DNA of 13,160 nt. Source: Methanobacteriaceae archaeon. GTDB taxonomy: Archaea; Methanobacteriota; Methanobacteria; Methanobacteriales; Methanobacteriaceae. Below are positions 1-8,879 of this stretch, in pieces. The first letter of the stretch is position 1, and each line of letters opens with the position of its first letter. A program made the position numbers and the translations under genes. The stretch is taken from contig PWMT01000162.1 of assembly GCA_003558085.1 (NCBI GenBank), forward strand, positions 1 through 13,160, given 5' to 3'. The notes under the pieces were generated by a model that did no database searches, was not told the DNA's origin, and was given only the letters and a program-made list of their open reading frames with translations.

Positions 1-70
1 ATTAAAATTTTATTTTTTTAATAGAACTAAAAAATTAAGTAACAATTTTTCCTAGTCTTACCTATCTTCT

Positions 71-340
71 TTAAGGTTTGTTTTTTTCTTTTAACTTTTT
101 TATTTCAGATTTAAATTTATTTAAATCTCTTTTTAGCCACAGTAATCTCATCCAGAGATATAAAATGAAAATTACAAGTAAAAATAAGATGATTAATAAC
201 AAACTTATGGTTATTCCTGCAGTAACTACCTGCCACATAAGTGCAAAGTTAAAAAATAGATAAAGCAGTGCTACAGAAAAAGCCACTGCAAAGATTAAGA
301 CAAGCATAATTTTTAAATTTCTTAGAGATATTTTGGACAT
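71..340 (-). CDS. Small hypothetical membrane protein (two hydrophobic helices and a Lys-rich C-terminal tail)
   Basis: 89-aa ORF co-oriented with copA. Two long hydrophobic stretches are followed by the amphipathic LKRDLNKFKSEIKKLKEK. A purine-rich GTGGAAG lies just before the ATG. Confidence 0.75.
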   Translation of the reverse strand: MSKISLRNLKIMLVLIFAVAFSVALLYLFFNFALMWQVVTAGITISLLLIILFLLVIFILYLWMRLLWLKRDLNKFKSEIKKLKEKNKP

Positions 341-381
341 ACTTCCACTTTCTATACATTTAAGTATAACTAAAAAATTAA

Positions 382-401
382 TTCCTAAATATATTTAGGA
401 A
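382..401. promoter_or_regulatory. Perfect 20-bp palindrome TTCCTAAATATATTTAGGAA (candidate operator or terminator element)
   Basis: The sequence equals its own reverse complement over 382-401. It lies between the copA stop (425) and the 89-aa gene start (340) and has a TATA-like core. Its function is inferred. Confidence 0.45.
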
Positions 402-424
402 AATATTTGTTTAAAGCTCTAATT

Positions 425-2872
425 TTAGTTCTTTATTTTTTCTATAGAGTCACGGCGTACCTCAGGTATATAGCCCTTTAAAAGTAGAGACAGGGAAACA
501 ATGGTGACTGAGCTAAGTGCCATGGCTAAGGCCCCATATTCTGGTCGAAAAGTGATTCCGAAAAGGGGATAGAGAAGTCCTGCTGCAACTGGTATTAGAA
601 TTGTATTATAGGCAAAACCCCAGAATAGGTTCTGTTTAATTCTATTCATTACTTTTCTAGAAAGCTGAACTGCAGCTACAGCATCTATAGGTTGATCTTG
701 AATTAAAACCACATCCCCGCTTTCAATAGCCACATCTGTACCGCTACCAATAGCAATTCCTACATCAGCCTGGGCTAGTGCTGGTGCATCATTTATGCCA
801 TCACCTACAAAAGCAATTTTTTCACCATTTTTTTGAAGTTTAGATACTTCATAAGCCTTTTCAGATGGTAGTACTTCTGCTAGAACTTCTTTAATCCCAA
901 TTTGAAGGGCCACTGCCTCTGCAGTTACCTGATTATCACCGGTAATCATCACAGTTTTAAGCCCCATTTTTTCCATTTCCTTTACTGCTTGGAAACTTGT
1001 ATCTTTTATTTTATCTGAAACAGCTATAATACCCATTAAATTCTCATCTAATCCAATCAAAATAGCTGTTTTACCTTCAAGTTCCAGTCTGGAAAGATTT
1101 TGTTCTGCTCCATCAGGAAGGCGTAAGCCTTGTTCACTGAAGATAGATCTGTTTCCAATAATGACTTTCTGACCATTTATTTGAGCATTAACACCTTTAC
1201 CACCAATGGTATCAAAATTTGTCACTTCTAACAATTTAATATCTTCTTCTTGAGCTTTAATAAATATAGATTTAGCTATAGGGTGCTGTGAATTTTTTTC
1301 CACGCTAGCTGCCAATTTTAACACTTCTCTTTCATCACCCTTAAAACCTATAATATCAGTAACCTGAGGACTTCCCATGGTAAGAGTGCCTGTTTTATCT
1401 AATAGAACCTTAGAAATATTTTCAGAAATTTCTAAAGTTTCACCAGTTTTAATTAATATTCCTAATTCAGCTCCCCTACCTATTCCAACTGTAACAGCAG
1501 TTGGAGTGGCCAAACCCAGAGCACATGGACATGCAACTACTAAAATTGAAATTAAGACCGTCAAGCCAAATATAAGAGTGGAATCAAAAATGAAGTACCA
1601 TATTAGGAAAGAAATTATAGCTATGCTCAGCACAGTAGGTATGAAATAACTGACTGCTTTATCTGCTATCCTTTGTACTGGGGGTTTAGATCCCTGTGCT
1701 TGGTCTACCAATCTTATAATCTGAGATAATACCGTTTCATTTCCTACTCGAGTTGTTTTAAACTTTAAAACTCCATTTTCATTTAAAGTACCACCCACTA
1801 CTTCATTACCTTCACTTTTAAACACTGGTACTGGTTCACCAGTAATCATAGATTCATCCACATAACTTTCCCCAGAAATTACTTCCCCATCAGCAGGGAT
1901 TTTTTCACCAGGTCTGACTCTGATTATATCTCCTATTTGAACTTCTTGAATGGGAATTTCTTTTTCATCACCATTCTGTATAACTACTGCGGTTTGGGGT
2001 TGCAATCCCATTAATTTTTTAATAGCAGTAGACGTCCTACCCTTAGCTCTGACTTCAAGATATCTCCCTAAAGTTAAAAATGAAGCTAACATTAGCGCTG
2101 TTTCATAAAACATAAAATCTGGAGTTAAAATAATATTAAATGTACCCATTAAACTGGAACCAAAAGCAACACCAATACCCATAGAATACATCACATCCAT
2201 GTCCAGAGTATAATTCTGCAAAGCCTTTGCAGCTGCAGCAAAAATAGGCTGGCTAACATATATAAAAGGAATTAATGTAATCACCAGCATGAAATAGGGC
2301 ATATAAAAAGGGGCGGGAATATTGAGAAACATCATAGCCATTAATGGTAAAGAAACTCCAAACCCTACCAGTATTCTGTTTCTTTTTTGCTTCAAATCTT
2401 TCTTTCTAATTTTTTCTTCAAGTTCAATGCTTTCTTGACCTTCCACTCCCAGAAAAGTATAGCCTAAATTTTCAATGGATGTTTTCATATCATCCACCGT
2501 AACTAGATCCTCATTGTAAGTTATGTAGGCTTTTTCTGCACCTAGATTAACATTGGCTTCTTTTACACCCTCTAATTTAAGTAAAGAATCCTCAATGGAT
2601 TGAGCACAAACTGCACAAGTCATGCCTCCAATTTTTAATACAATTTTATCAGTTACTACTTGATAACCAGTATTCTCTACTCTTTTTTCAAGTTCTAGAA
2701 TATCAATCTTTTCTGGTTCAAATTCAATGGATGCTTTTTCAGTACCTAGATTTACCTGGACATCAGAGACCCCATCTAAGCTTTTTAAAGCTTTTTCTAT
2801 TTTAATAGCGCAAGACGCACAACCCATACCTGTTATTTTAAAATCAATCTTTTTCTTGGAATTTTTAGACAT
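425..2872 (-). CDS. copA: Copper(I)-translocating P1B-1 type ATPase
   Basis: Two N-terminal HMA domains (GMGCASC, GMTCAVC), TGE, transmembrane CPC, DKTGT phosphorylation site, [10 protein letters not shown], and YN and MALSS in the final helices (Cu+ signature). GAGGGA RBS upstream. Confidence 0.96.
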   Translation of the reverse strand: MSKNSKKKIDFKITGMGCASCAIKIEKALKSLDGVSDVQVNLGTEKASIEFEPEKIDILELEKRVENTGYQVVTDKIVLKIGGMTCAVCAQSIEDSLLKLEGVKEANVNLGAEKAYITYNEDLVTVDDMKTSIENLGYTFLGVEGQESIELEEKIRKKDLKQKRNRILVGFGVSLPLMAMMFLNIPAPFYMPYFMLVITLIPFIYVSQPIFAAAAKALQNYTLDMDVMYSMGIGVAFGSSLMGTFNIILTPDFMFYETALMLASFLTLGRYLEVRAKGRTSTAIKKLMGLQPQTAVVIQNGDEKEIPIQEVQIGDIIRVRPGEKIPADGEVISGESYVDESMITGEPVPVFKSEGNEVVGGTLNENGVLKFKTTRVGNETVLSQIIRLVDQAQGSKPPVQRIADKAVSYFIPTVLSIAIISFLIWYFIFDSTLIFGLTVLISILVVACPCALGLATPTAVTVGIGRGAELGILIKTGETLEISENISKVLLDKTGTLTMGSPQVTDIIGFKGDEREVLKLAASVEKNSQHPIAKSIFIKAQEEDIKLLEVTNFDTIGGKGVNAQINGQKVIIGNRSIFSEQGLRLPDGAEQNLSRLELEGKTAILIGLDENLMGIIAVSDKIKDTSFQAVKEMEKMGLKTVMITGDNQVTAEAVALQIGIKEVLAEVLPSEKAYEVSKLQKNGEKIAFVGDGINDAPALAQADVGIAIGSGTDVAIESGDVVLIQDQPIDAVAAVQLSRKVMNRIKQNLFWGFAYNTILIPVAAGLLYPLFGITFRPEYGALAMALSSVTIVSLSLLLKGYIPEVRRDSIEKIKN

Positions 2873-2925
2873 TCAATCCCTCTTAATGGAAATAAGCCAA
2901 TCAAGGACCTGATATATGATAAAAA

Positions 2926-4161
2926 TTAGCTTAAATTATCCTTAAAGATATTTCCATCTTTTATAACCATCAAAATATTATTGTTATCTTGCAGAGAACC
3001 TATTTTTTCTAAAGGATCCTGCTTTACTACAATCATATCTGCAAGTTTACCTGATTCTAAAGACCCTATTCTATGCTGCCATCCCATACATTCAGCAGCT
3101 TTTATAGTACCGGCCTGAATGGCTTCCATTGGATCCATACCAATTTTAGACAAGTATTTTAATTCTAAAAGATTAGTACCATGTTCAACCACCCCGCAAT
3201 AACTACCCATAACAATTTGTACCCCTGTTTCGTAGGCCATTATCATATTTTCATGGTGTATCTTGGCAACATCGATGGCTTCTTTGCGACTATAATCTGG
3301 TAGTTGTCCTTTTAATGCTTTCTCTTTATTTAGTTTTACCACTACAAAGGTAGGAACCAGATAAGAATTTTTTCGTAGCATCATATCGGCTGCTTCCTGA
3401 TCAATGTAGGTACCATGTTCAATGGAGTGAATTCCAGCCCTAATGGAATTTTTTATACCCCCAGCTCCGTGAGCATGGGCCATGACTTTAATTTCTCCTC
3501 TAAACTGTGCTTCTTGCACCACCGCTTGTAGTTCCGAGGTGGTAAACTGGGTGAATTCTGGACTGTCATTGGCACTCATAACCCCTCCCGTTGCCATAAC
3601 TTTAATAACCTCTGCTCCTGATCTTAAAACTTCCCTAGTCCGTTTTCGAACCTCATCTACACCATCACAAATACTATCAGGTAGGCCAGGATAGGATAGT
3701 TTCATTTCAAAACCTGATTTAAGAATAAAATCGAAATGCCCACCACTGATAGAAAGGGGCATCACACATATCTGCATACGTGGAGCAGGAAAGAGGTTTA
3801 GCTCAGCTGCCATTTTAACCCCAGCATCAGCCAAGCCAGCGTCTCTTACAGTAGTAACTCCCGCTTCCAATGTAGTTTTCATGTTTTCTAAGGCATTGTA
3901 AAAGTGTAAGGCTAAGGGATTGTACATATTATCTTCCATTCTAAATCCTCGAGCCATCAAATGAGTATGAGTATCTACAAATCCTGGTAAAATGACCTGG
4001 CCTTGTGCATCAACAATTTCAAATCCTTTAGAACTTTTAAAGGAATTTTTAGGAACAATATCTTTAATGGTATTTTTTTCAATTATTATATCTCGATCCT
4101 CAATAGGATCTGGGTTAATCCCATCAATTATGGTAGCATTGGTTATAAGCAAATTTTTCAT
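2926..4161 (-). CDS. Metal-dependent amidohydrolase (prolidase/aryldialkylphosphatase-like TIM-barrel family)
   Basis: PGFVDTHTH (HxH), GVTTVRDAG, IKVMATGG (carbamylated Lys position), AHAHG, SIEHG and a GSLESGKLAD tail. The usual G(T/S)D motif reads GSY. GAGGGG RBS upstream. Confidence 0.9.
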   Translation of the reverse strand: MKNLLITNATIIDGINPDPIEDRDIIIEKNTIKDIVPKNSFKSSKGFEIVDAQGQVILPGFVDTHTHLMARGFRMEDNMYNPLALHFYNALENMKTTLEAGVTTVRDAGLADAGVKMAAELNLFPAPRMQICVMPLSISGGHFDFILKSGFEMKLSYPGLPDSICDGVDEVRKRTREVLRSGAEVIKVMATGGVMSANDSPEFTQFTTSELQAVVQEAQFRGEIKVMAHAHGAGGIKNSIRAGIHSIEHGTYIDQEAADMMLRKNSYLVPTFVVVKLNKEKALKGQLPDYSRKEAIDVAKIHHENMIMAYETGVQIVMGSYCGVVEHGTNLLELKYLSKIGMDPMEAIQAGTIKAAECMGWQHRIGSLESGKLADMIVVKQDPLEKIGSLQDNNNILMVIKDGNIFKDNLS

Positions 4162-4562
4162 CGTTTAACCCCTCAGGTTAAGATAAGGAATATATTATTC
4201 ATCCCGCATATTTGATTTTTTCCTTTAAAGATGGTAACTACTAAAATGATTATATTTAAATGTGATTAACTCTCATCTTAAGGATTTTTCTATAAATAGA
4301 TAATAAAGGAAGTTCGATTGATAAAAGGATTTCTTACTTAATTATTTATTTAACTGGATTAAAATTTTGTTGATAACTTTTTTTTGCTGTTAAAAAATAT
4401 GGTAAATAAGGCTACTTTTTTATTTCTTAAATAACACCGCAACTTATTATAGGTCAGAGCAATTATAACAGATTTGAAATCTCTCTTGAAATTAAAAAAG
4501 AAAAAAATATATGCTAAAAAACTATTATATAACCATATTATAAATAAGGGGAGGTGAAAAAA

Positions 4563-4913
4563 ATGGACGTCAATTGGAAAGCAATTATAATTGGTTTAGT
4601 AATAGCAATAATATTAGGTTTTATCTTAGGACTCATCAGTGAGGATTGGGGTTCGACATTAGGTTATTTCCTAGCAACGATCTATGTTGGTTATAGCGTT
4701 GGCGGTGATTACATGAATGGAGCAGTCCATGGAGCTCTGGTAGGTGTTGTGGGAGCTTTAATAGTTGGAATTCTAGCTATAATTGGATTGGGCGTTGTTC
4801 TAGGGGCTGCTGGTGCAGCATTTGGAGTACTGGCCATTATAATTGCCATGATCATTAACGGTATAATCGGAGCCATAGGCGGAGTTATAGGGGTAGCGAT
4901 ATCCGGCAAGTAA
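4563..4913 (+). CDS. Gly-rich small integral membrane protein (DUF5518-like)
   Basis: Begins NWKAIIIG, with about four hydrophobic GxxxG-rich helices and a YVGYSVGGDYMNGAVHGALVG motif, resembling a Methanobacteriales family. The GTG at 4554 falls within the GGAGGTG RBS, so the ATG at 4563 is the likelier start. Confidence 0.8.
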   Translation: MDVNWKAIIIGLVIAIILGFILGLISEDWGSTLGYFLATIYVGYSVGGDYMNGAVHGALVGVVGALIVGILAIIGLGVVLGAAGAAFGVLAIIIAMIINGIIGAIGGVIGVAISGK

Positions 4914-4916
4914 ATA

Positions 4917-4946
4917 ATTTATTTTCCATTATTTTTTATTTTTTTT
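4917..4946 (+). terminator. Oligo-T tract, probable archaeal intrinsic terminator of the DUF5518-like gene
   Basis: Runs of T (ATTTTTTATTTTTTTT) immediately after the stop codon, between convergent genes. Confidence 0.5.
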
Positions 4947-4972
4947 AATAGTGTAGATTAAGATTTTGAGTC

Positions 4973-5374
4973 TTAAAAGAGCTTAATTTCAGCTTTATCT
5001 CCATCTATCTCTACTTCTCCACCCTCAGAGAGGATTTCCATTGCTTCTTCACTAATATTATCCACCATAGGTATTTCAGCCATAATAGCGCCGGTAGCTA
5101 TTATGGGTTCTGCTTCAAGGCAGATTATACCCTGGGGGCCGGTTTTATTTTTGTGCATCTGGAATATTACATAGGATCCTACAGTTGAGCCTTTTCCTCC
5201 AGGTATAACTAGAATCTTATTTTTGATAGTCTTACCTTTAAGTGGATGCTTAATATCCATTATTTTCCCAGTATAGGGATCAATTCCCCCTAAAAAGCTA
5301 ATAGGTTCACTACTGTATATTATTTTACCCCTGCACTTACCCTTAGAAATAACTCTACACTTGAATACTTCCAT
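4973..5374 (-). CDS. DUF126 / aconitase X swiveling-domain protein; probable phosphomevalonate dehydratase small subunit
   Basis: Motifs ISFLGGIDP.TG, HPL.G, PGGKGSTVGSYV and AEPIIATGAIMAEIPMVD are characteristic of the AcnX small subunit; 133 aa; GGGAGAG RBS. Confidence 0.88.
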   Translation of the reverse strand: MEVFKCRVISKGKCRGKIIYSSEPISFLGGIDPYTGKIMDIKHPLKGKTIKNKILVIPGGKGSTVGSYVIFQMHKNKTGPQGIICLEAEPIIATGAIMAEIPMVDNISEEAMEILSEGGEVEIDGDKAEIKLF

Positions 5375-5426
5375 ATTAATTTCTCTCCCTAATCAAACCC
5401 TCAAAAAATAAAATTCAATTATTAGT

Positions 5427-6680
5427 TTAAATTGCCTCTTTTTTCATTATTTCCCTTAAAACTGCAGTAGCATAACATCCTTTAGGAATAGAAAATTCAG
5501 TTAAAACTCCCTTTTCAGTAGCAGTAGCCGAAATATCCCATATTTTAAATCTAATCGCTCTTCTTAAACCATGGCTTCCTAATTTTGGCATTTTAGGAGA
5601 TTTGAAATCGTCTAGAGATATTTTTTCTTCATCCAATATTTTTTGTTCCATTTCACCTATCTTTTCATCAGCCAGAGGAACTTTAGTTCCAAAAAGCGGT
5701 GCAGTGGGATGGGCTTGAAAATGATCTATCATCTCTTGAAGTTCTTCAGGAGTTTTATTATGTATTAAATGTTCTTCATTATCAATAACTATATCTCCTT
5801 CCAAATATTTATTTATGCCCAGTTTTGATCTTTCACTTACTGCTTTATTAAATAAAAAGGATTGATAAGCATGTATGAACATTCTGCTCAATGGTTTTGG
5901 AAGGCTGTGCAGTGCTCTCATATAGGAATCCTCATCCAGATATTCTTTCTTTTTCTGCTCCTTAATAAGCTCTCGAAGCATCATTCGCTCGTAGCGCATT
6001 CCAGTAGGCATAAGTTCCAATGCTTTCTCTAATTTCCCCTTATCATACGCTGTTCTAGCATTCTTAATATGTTCTGGTTCTTCAGGATAAGGATTTCCAA
6101 TGTAAGCACCCACTGTTTTTTCTAAACTATTCTTAGCTAATGCTTTACCTACCAGATGGGTATTACTGCGGGGTTTACCAAATCTTTGCCACCCATAATA
6201 ATTAGGTGTGCCCTGTTTTTCCAATTGTTGCAATACATTCCAGGCTTCAATGGCCCCTTCATCAGGTTCTTCAATATTTCTAATCAGGATTCGAAATTTA
6301 TTACCTATAAGCTGCCCTAAACGGAGTTTTTTCCTGTTTTGAGTAATTTTGATAAATTTTACCCGGTTATATTTATCTTTTAAGGGGTCGAGGTCTTTTC
6401 CCTCGAAATTACTAATTGATAACCATTGCCGGGTTACTGCTTTTTTATCTTTCATACCTGCAAAGCCCATTCTCTTACGGGATAGATGTAAATCTCTTGC
6501 TATATCCAAAACTACCTCCAGCGTGGTGCGACCTTTTTTTTCAATCCACATCCACGTGTTTGGTCCCTCACCTGTAGGAACTGTTTTTGGAATTTCTTCT
6601 ACAAAAAAATCTTCATATTTCTGGCGGATAGTTCCATCTATCCCTGGAGTATCAGTTATAAAAGTTTCAGCATTCAGCAT
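5427..6680 (-). CDS. truD: tRNA pseudouridine(13) synthase TruD
   Basis: [21 protein letters not shown] (catalytic Asp), [25 protein letters not shown] and [15 protein letters not shown]. Confidence 0.96.
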   Translation of the reverse strand: MLNAETFITDTPGIDGTIRQKYEDFFVEEIPKTVPTGEGPNTWMWIEKKGRTTLEVVLDIARDLHLSRKRMGFAGMKDKKAVTRQWLSISNFEGKDLDPLKDKYNRVKFIKITQNRKKLRLGQLIGNKFRILIRNIEEPDEGAIEAWNVLQQLEKQGTPNYYGWQRFGKPRSNTHLVGKALAKNSLEKTVGAYIGNPYPEEPEHIKNARTAYDKGKLEKALELMPTGMRYERMMLRELIKEQKKKEYLDEDSYMRALHSLPKPLSRMFIHAYQSFLFNKAVSERSKLGINKYLEGDIVIDNEEHLIHNKTPEELQEMIDHFQAHPTAPLFGTKVPLADEKIGEMEQKILDEEKISLDDFKSPKMPKLGSHGLRRAIRFKIWDISATATEKGVLTEFSIPKGCYATAVLREIMKKEAI

Positions 6681-6769
6681 TTGATGTCCTCAAATTAAAT
6701 GAGAATTAAATATTAAAAATTAGTAAAGATAATATTTTTATGGTAATATTTAAGCTTTTTAAGAGACCT

Positions 6770-8125
6770 TCAGCGTCGATCCACAATTCTACGTGGTCTG
6801 CCTTTGATATTATAGAATTCTAAATCACCGGGTCCGGTGAAATTGAATAATAAATCAAAAATACCTTCTGAATAGGCTTCTTTTAATCCTGGTTTATAAC
6901 GTAAAAATGATTTTATAAAATTATCTTGGATGAGTTCCTGATCACAGTTTTCCATGTTTTCACATTCCATGCTAACTCTTAAGGTGATTTCTCCTTCATC
7001 TTCATCCCCATAGACAAAGGCCTCATATTCACCGGTTAGGTAATCCATGTTATCCCTTTGAAATACACCCTGTTCCACGTCAACCCTATTGAAAGGATTT
7101 CCTGCAATCCAAAAAGTTTCAGCTTCTCTTTGCGGGTTCATAATTCGCATATGGGTTCTGCCACAGGCACATTTATCTCTGGAAACAACCACCGTGGTGT
7201 CATCAGTATCATAATTTAAAAGAAGCATCCCTGTCTTTTCTCCCACCGGTATAAGTGTGGTTAAAACTATTCTACCGCATTCACCGTCCTCTACAAAGTC
7301 TTTCATATGGGGATTATACACATCTAGATGAACCATGTCTTCAGGAACATGCAAACCTACCCGCTTACGACATTCTCCACACATGGTTCCTTCGGTACTG
7401 CCATAGGTATTGTAGATTTTAACTCCCCATAATTCTTCCACATAATCTCGAGATTCTGGTGAAAAACTTTCACCCCCAGCAACCAATCTTTTTATGCTGG
7501 ATTCTTGGGGATCTATTCCCTCTGATTTCATGCGTCGAGCTAATCGCAAGAGTTTAAAGATGCTGGCCACAATTCCAGTAGGCTGATAATTCTGCATGAT
7601 GCGCACTGGAAAAGTACATTTTCCAAAAGGAATTATGGTCATGCCAATTTTTTGAGCGGCCAGAGTCATGGTATTGGCTCCCACATTCATTCCATAGGAA
7701 GCACAGACAACTACTTTATCTCCGAGGCCAAACCCCTGGGATACGAATGATCTGGAGTATTTTTCAGCATATCTATTCCAATCATCCCAGGTTAAGAAAA
7801 AAGATTTGGGACGGCCACTGGTGCCGCTGGTTTCATGGATGGTGAAAATATCATCCCAGGAACCACACTTAAATTCAAATTCATCAGTTTGAGGGGGTTG
7901 TCTTTCTCGAACTGTATTTCCTGTAATTATAGGTAGATGTTGGAGATCTTCATGGGTGCTTATATCAGATAAAGTGACATTATTTTTTTTAAACCATTTA
8001 TTATAGAAGGGGGAATTATCATAGGCATATTTAACGGTGTAATTTATCCTTTCCTCCACCAGAGCATCTAGATCGCCCCGGTCCATAGTTTCAATCTCCG
8101 GGTTAAAATAAGTTATATCTTTCAT
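6770..8125 (-). CDS. ftsA: Coenzyme F390 synthetase (PaaK-like ANL adenylate-forming enzyme)
   Basis: HETSGTSGRPK AMP-binding loop, GGE and YGSTEG motifs, and C.CGRTH. The length and methanogen context match F390 synthetase. The symbol here refers to F390 synthetase, not cell-division FtsA. Confidence 0.85.
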   Translation of the reverse strand: MKDITYFNPEIETMDRGDLDALVEERINYTVKYAYDNSPFYNKWFKKNNVTLSDISTHEDLQHLPIITGNTVRERQPPQTDEFEFKCGSWDDIFTIHETSGTSGRPKSFFLTWDDWNRYAEKYSRSFVSQGFGLGDKVVVCASYGMNVGANTMTLAAQKIGMTIIPFGKCTFPVRIMQNYQPTGIVASIFKLLRLARRMKSEGIDPQESSIKRLVAGGESFSPESRDYVEELWGVKIYNTYGSTEGTMCGECRKRVGLHVPEDMVHLDVYNPHMKDFVEDGECGRIVLTTLIPVGEKTGMLLLNYDTDDTTVVVSRDKCACGRTHMRIMNPQREAETFWIAGNPFNRVDVEQGVFQRDNMDYLTGEYEAFVYGDEDEGEITLRVSMECENMENCDQELIQDNFIKSFLRYKPGLKEAYSEGIFDLLFNFTGPGDLEFYNIKGRPRRIVDRR

Positions 8126-8253
8126 ATCTATACTATTGTAATTAAAACAGTAAATATTTAATTATTTCCTTATTTTATAAATTAGCTTGATTTAGGATTT
8201 ATTATGCTTAAAATAACAGGCTATAGTACTATAAGTGCTGATCAATTATATAA

Positions 8254-8325
8254 TGCCCTGACCGGGATTTGAACCCGGGTAATAGGATCCGCAATCCTAC
8301 GTGATATCCGCTACACTATCAGGGC
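8254..8325 (-). tRNA. tRNA-Arg (anticodon GCG), no intron, CCA not encoded
   Basis: The reverse complement folds as a cloverleaf: acceptor GCCCTGA/TCAGGGC, D-loop AGCGGATA (A20 Arg identity element), anticodon arm TAGGA-TTGCGGA-TCCTA, T-arm CCGGG-TTCAAAT-CCCGG, discriminator A. The anticodon is at 8290-8292. Confidence 0.97.
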
Positions 8326-8341
8326 TTAAGAAAATGTTGAA

Positions 8342-8364
8342 TATATTTAAAAAGATATTTTAAA
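8342..8364 (-). promoter_or_regulatory. Candidate TATA box(es) for the tRNA gene
   Basis: Minus-strand TTTAAATATA (8342-8351) and TTTAAAAT (8357-8364) lie about 17-40 nt upstream of the tRNA 5' end. The AT-rich background makes the exact site uncertain. Confidence 0.35.
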
Positions 8365-8429
8365 GTTTATTCTTAACTACTTTTGAACTAATAGTTATAT
8401 ATAATTGTTCTATTTTTTCTTTTACAGGT

Positions 8430-8870
8430 TTAATACCATATATATAATTGAAAGCAATACCCTTTAAAATTTCTTTGAGCCGAGTTTATATTATTTGCTT
8501 CTGACATAAAATCATTGGCACTTAAGGTGATGCCCTTTAAGTGGTTAACCTCAGTTAAGTTATACTTTAATCCTGGATGAGTTTGATTTATAAATTCAGC
8601 AGCTATCAATCCAGCTTTTTGCTGTGAATTTTCATTTAAATCCTCTTTTTCTAAAACAGTTACCATTTGCTCAAATATAGATCCTGCACCAGGTTTATTC
8701 TCATAGTTAGCCATTGATTCCATTAAATCTTGAGCAGTGGTCATTAAAGGTTCTGGAGAAGCTAAATTTTTAGAATTATTTGCTTGTACACTTATCGTTG
8801 CCAAGATTATGAAAACCAGAATTAAGCCTAGAACAACATCTCCAGTAAAAATGAATCCTTTTTGATCCAT
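8430..8870 (-). CDS. Class III signal peptide-containing (type IV pilin-like) hypothetical protein
   Basis: The N-terminus MDQKG|FIFTGD is followed by a hydrophobic helix, matching the archaeal prepilin-type pattern (short charged leader, KG, hydrophobic segment). The ATG at 8870 is preferred to the TTG at 8879. Confidence 0.7.
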   Translation of the reverse strand: MDQKGFIFTGDVVLGLILVFIILATISVQANNSKNLASPEPLMTTAQDLMESMANYENKPGAGSIFEQMVTVLEKEDLNENSQQKAGLIAAEFINQTHPGLKYNLTEVNHLKGITLSANDFMSEANNINSAQRNFKGYCFQLYIWY

Positions 8871-8879
8871 TAAAATCAA

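Noticed and set aside
2440..2860. Internal repeat at the CopA N-terminus
   Set aside because: These are ordinary tandem HMA domains.
8222..8233. 12-bp palindrome TATAGTACTATA downstream of the tRNA
   Set aside because: Short and AT-rich, so plausible by chance, with no supporting context.
8126..8429. tRNA-Arg as a possible integration site
   Set aside because: I found no duplicated tRNA 3' end, integrase or foreign-looking cargo, and the flanking genes look like core genome.
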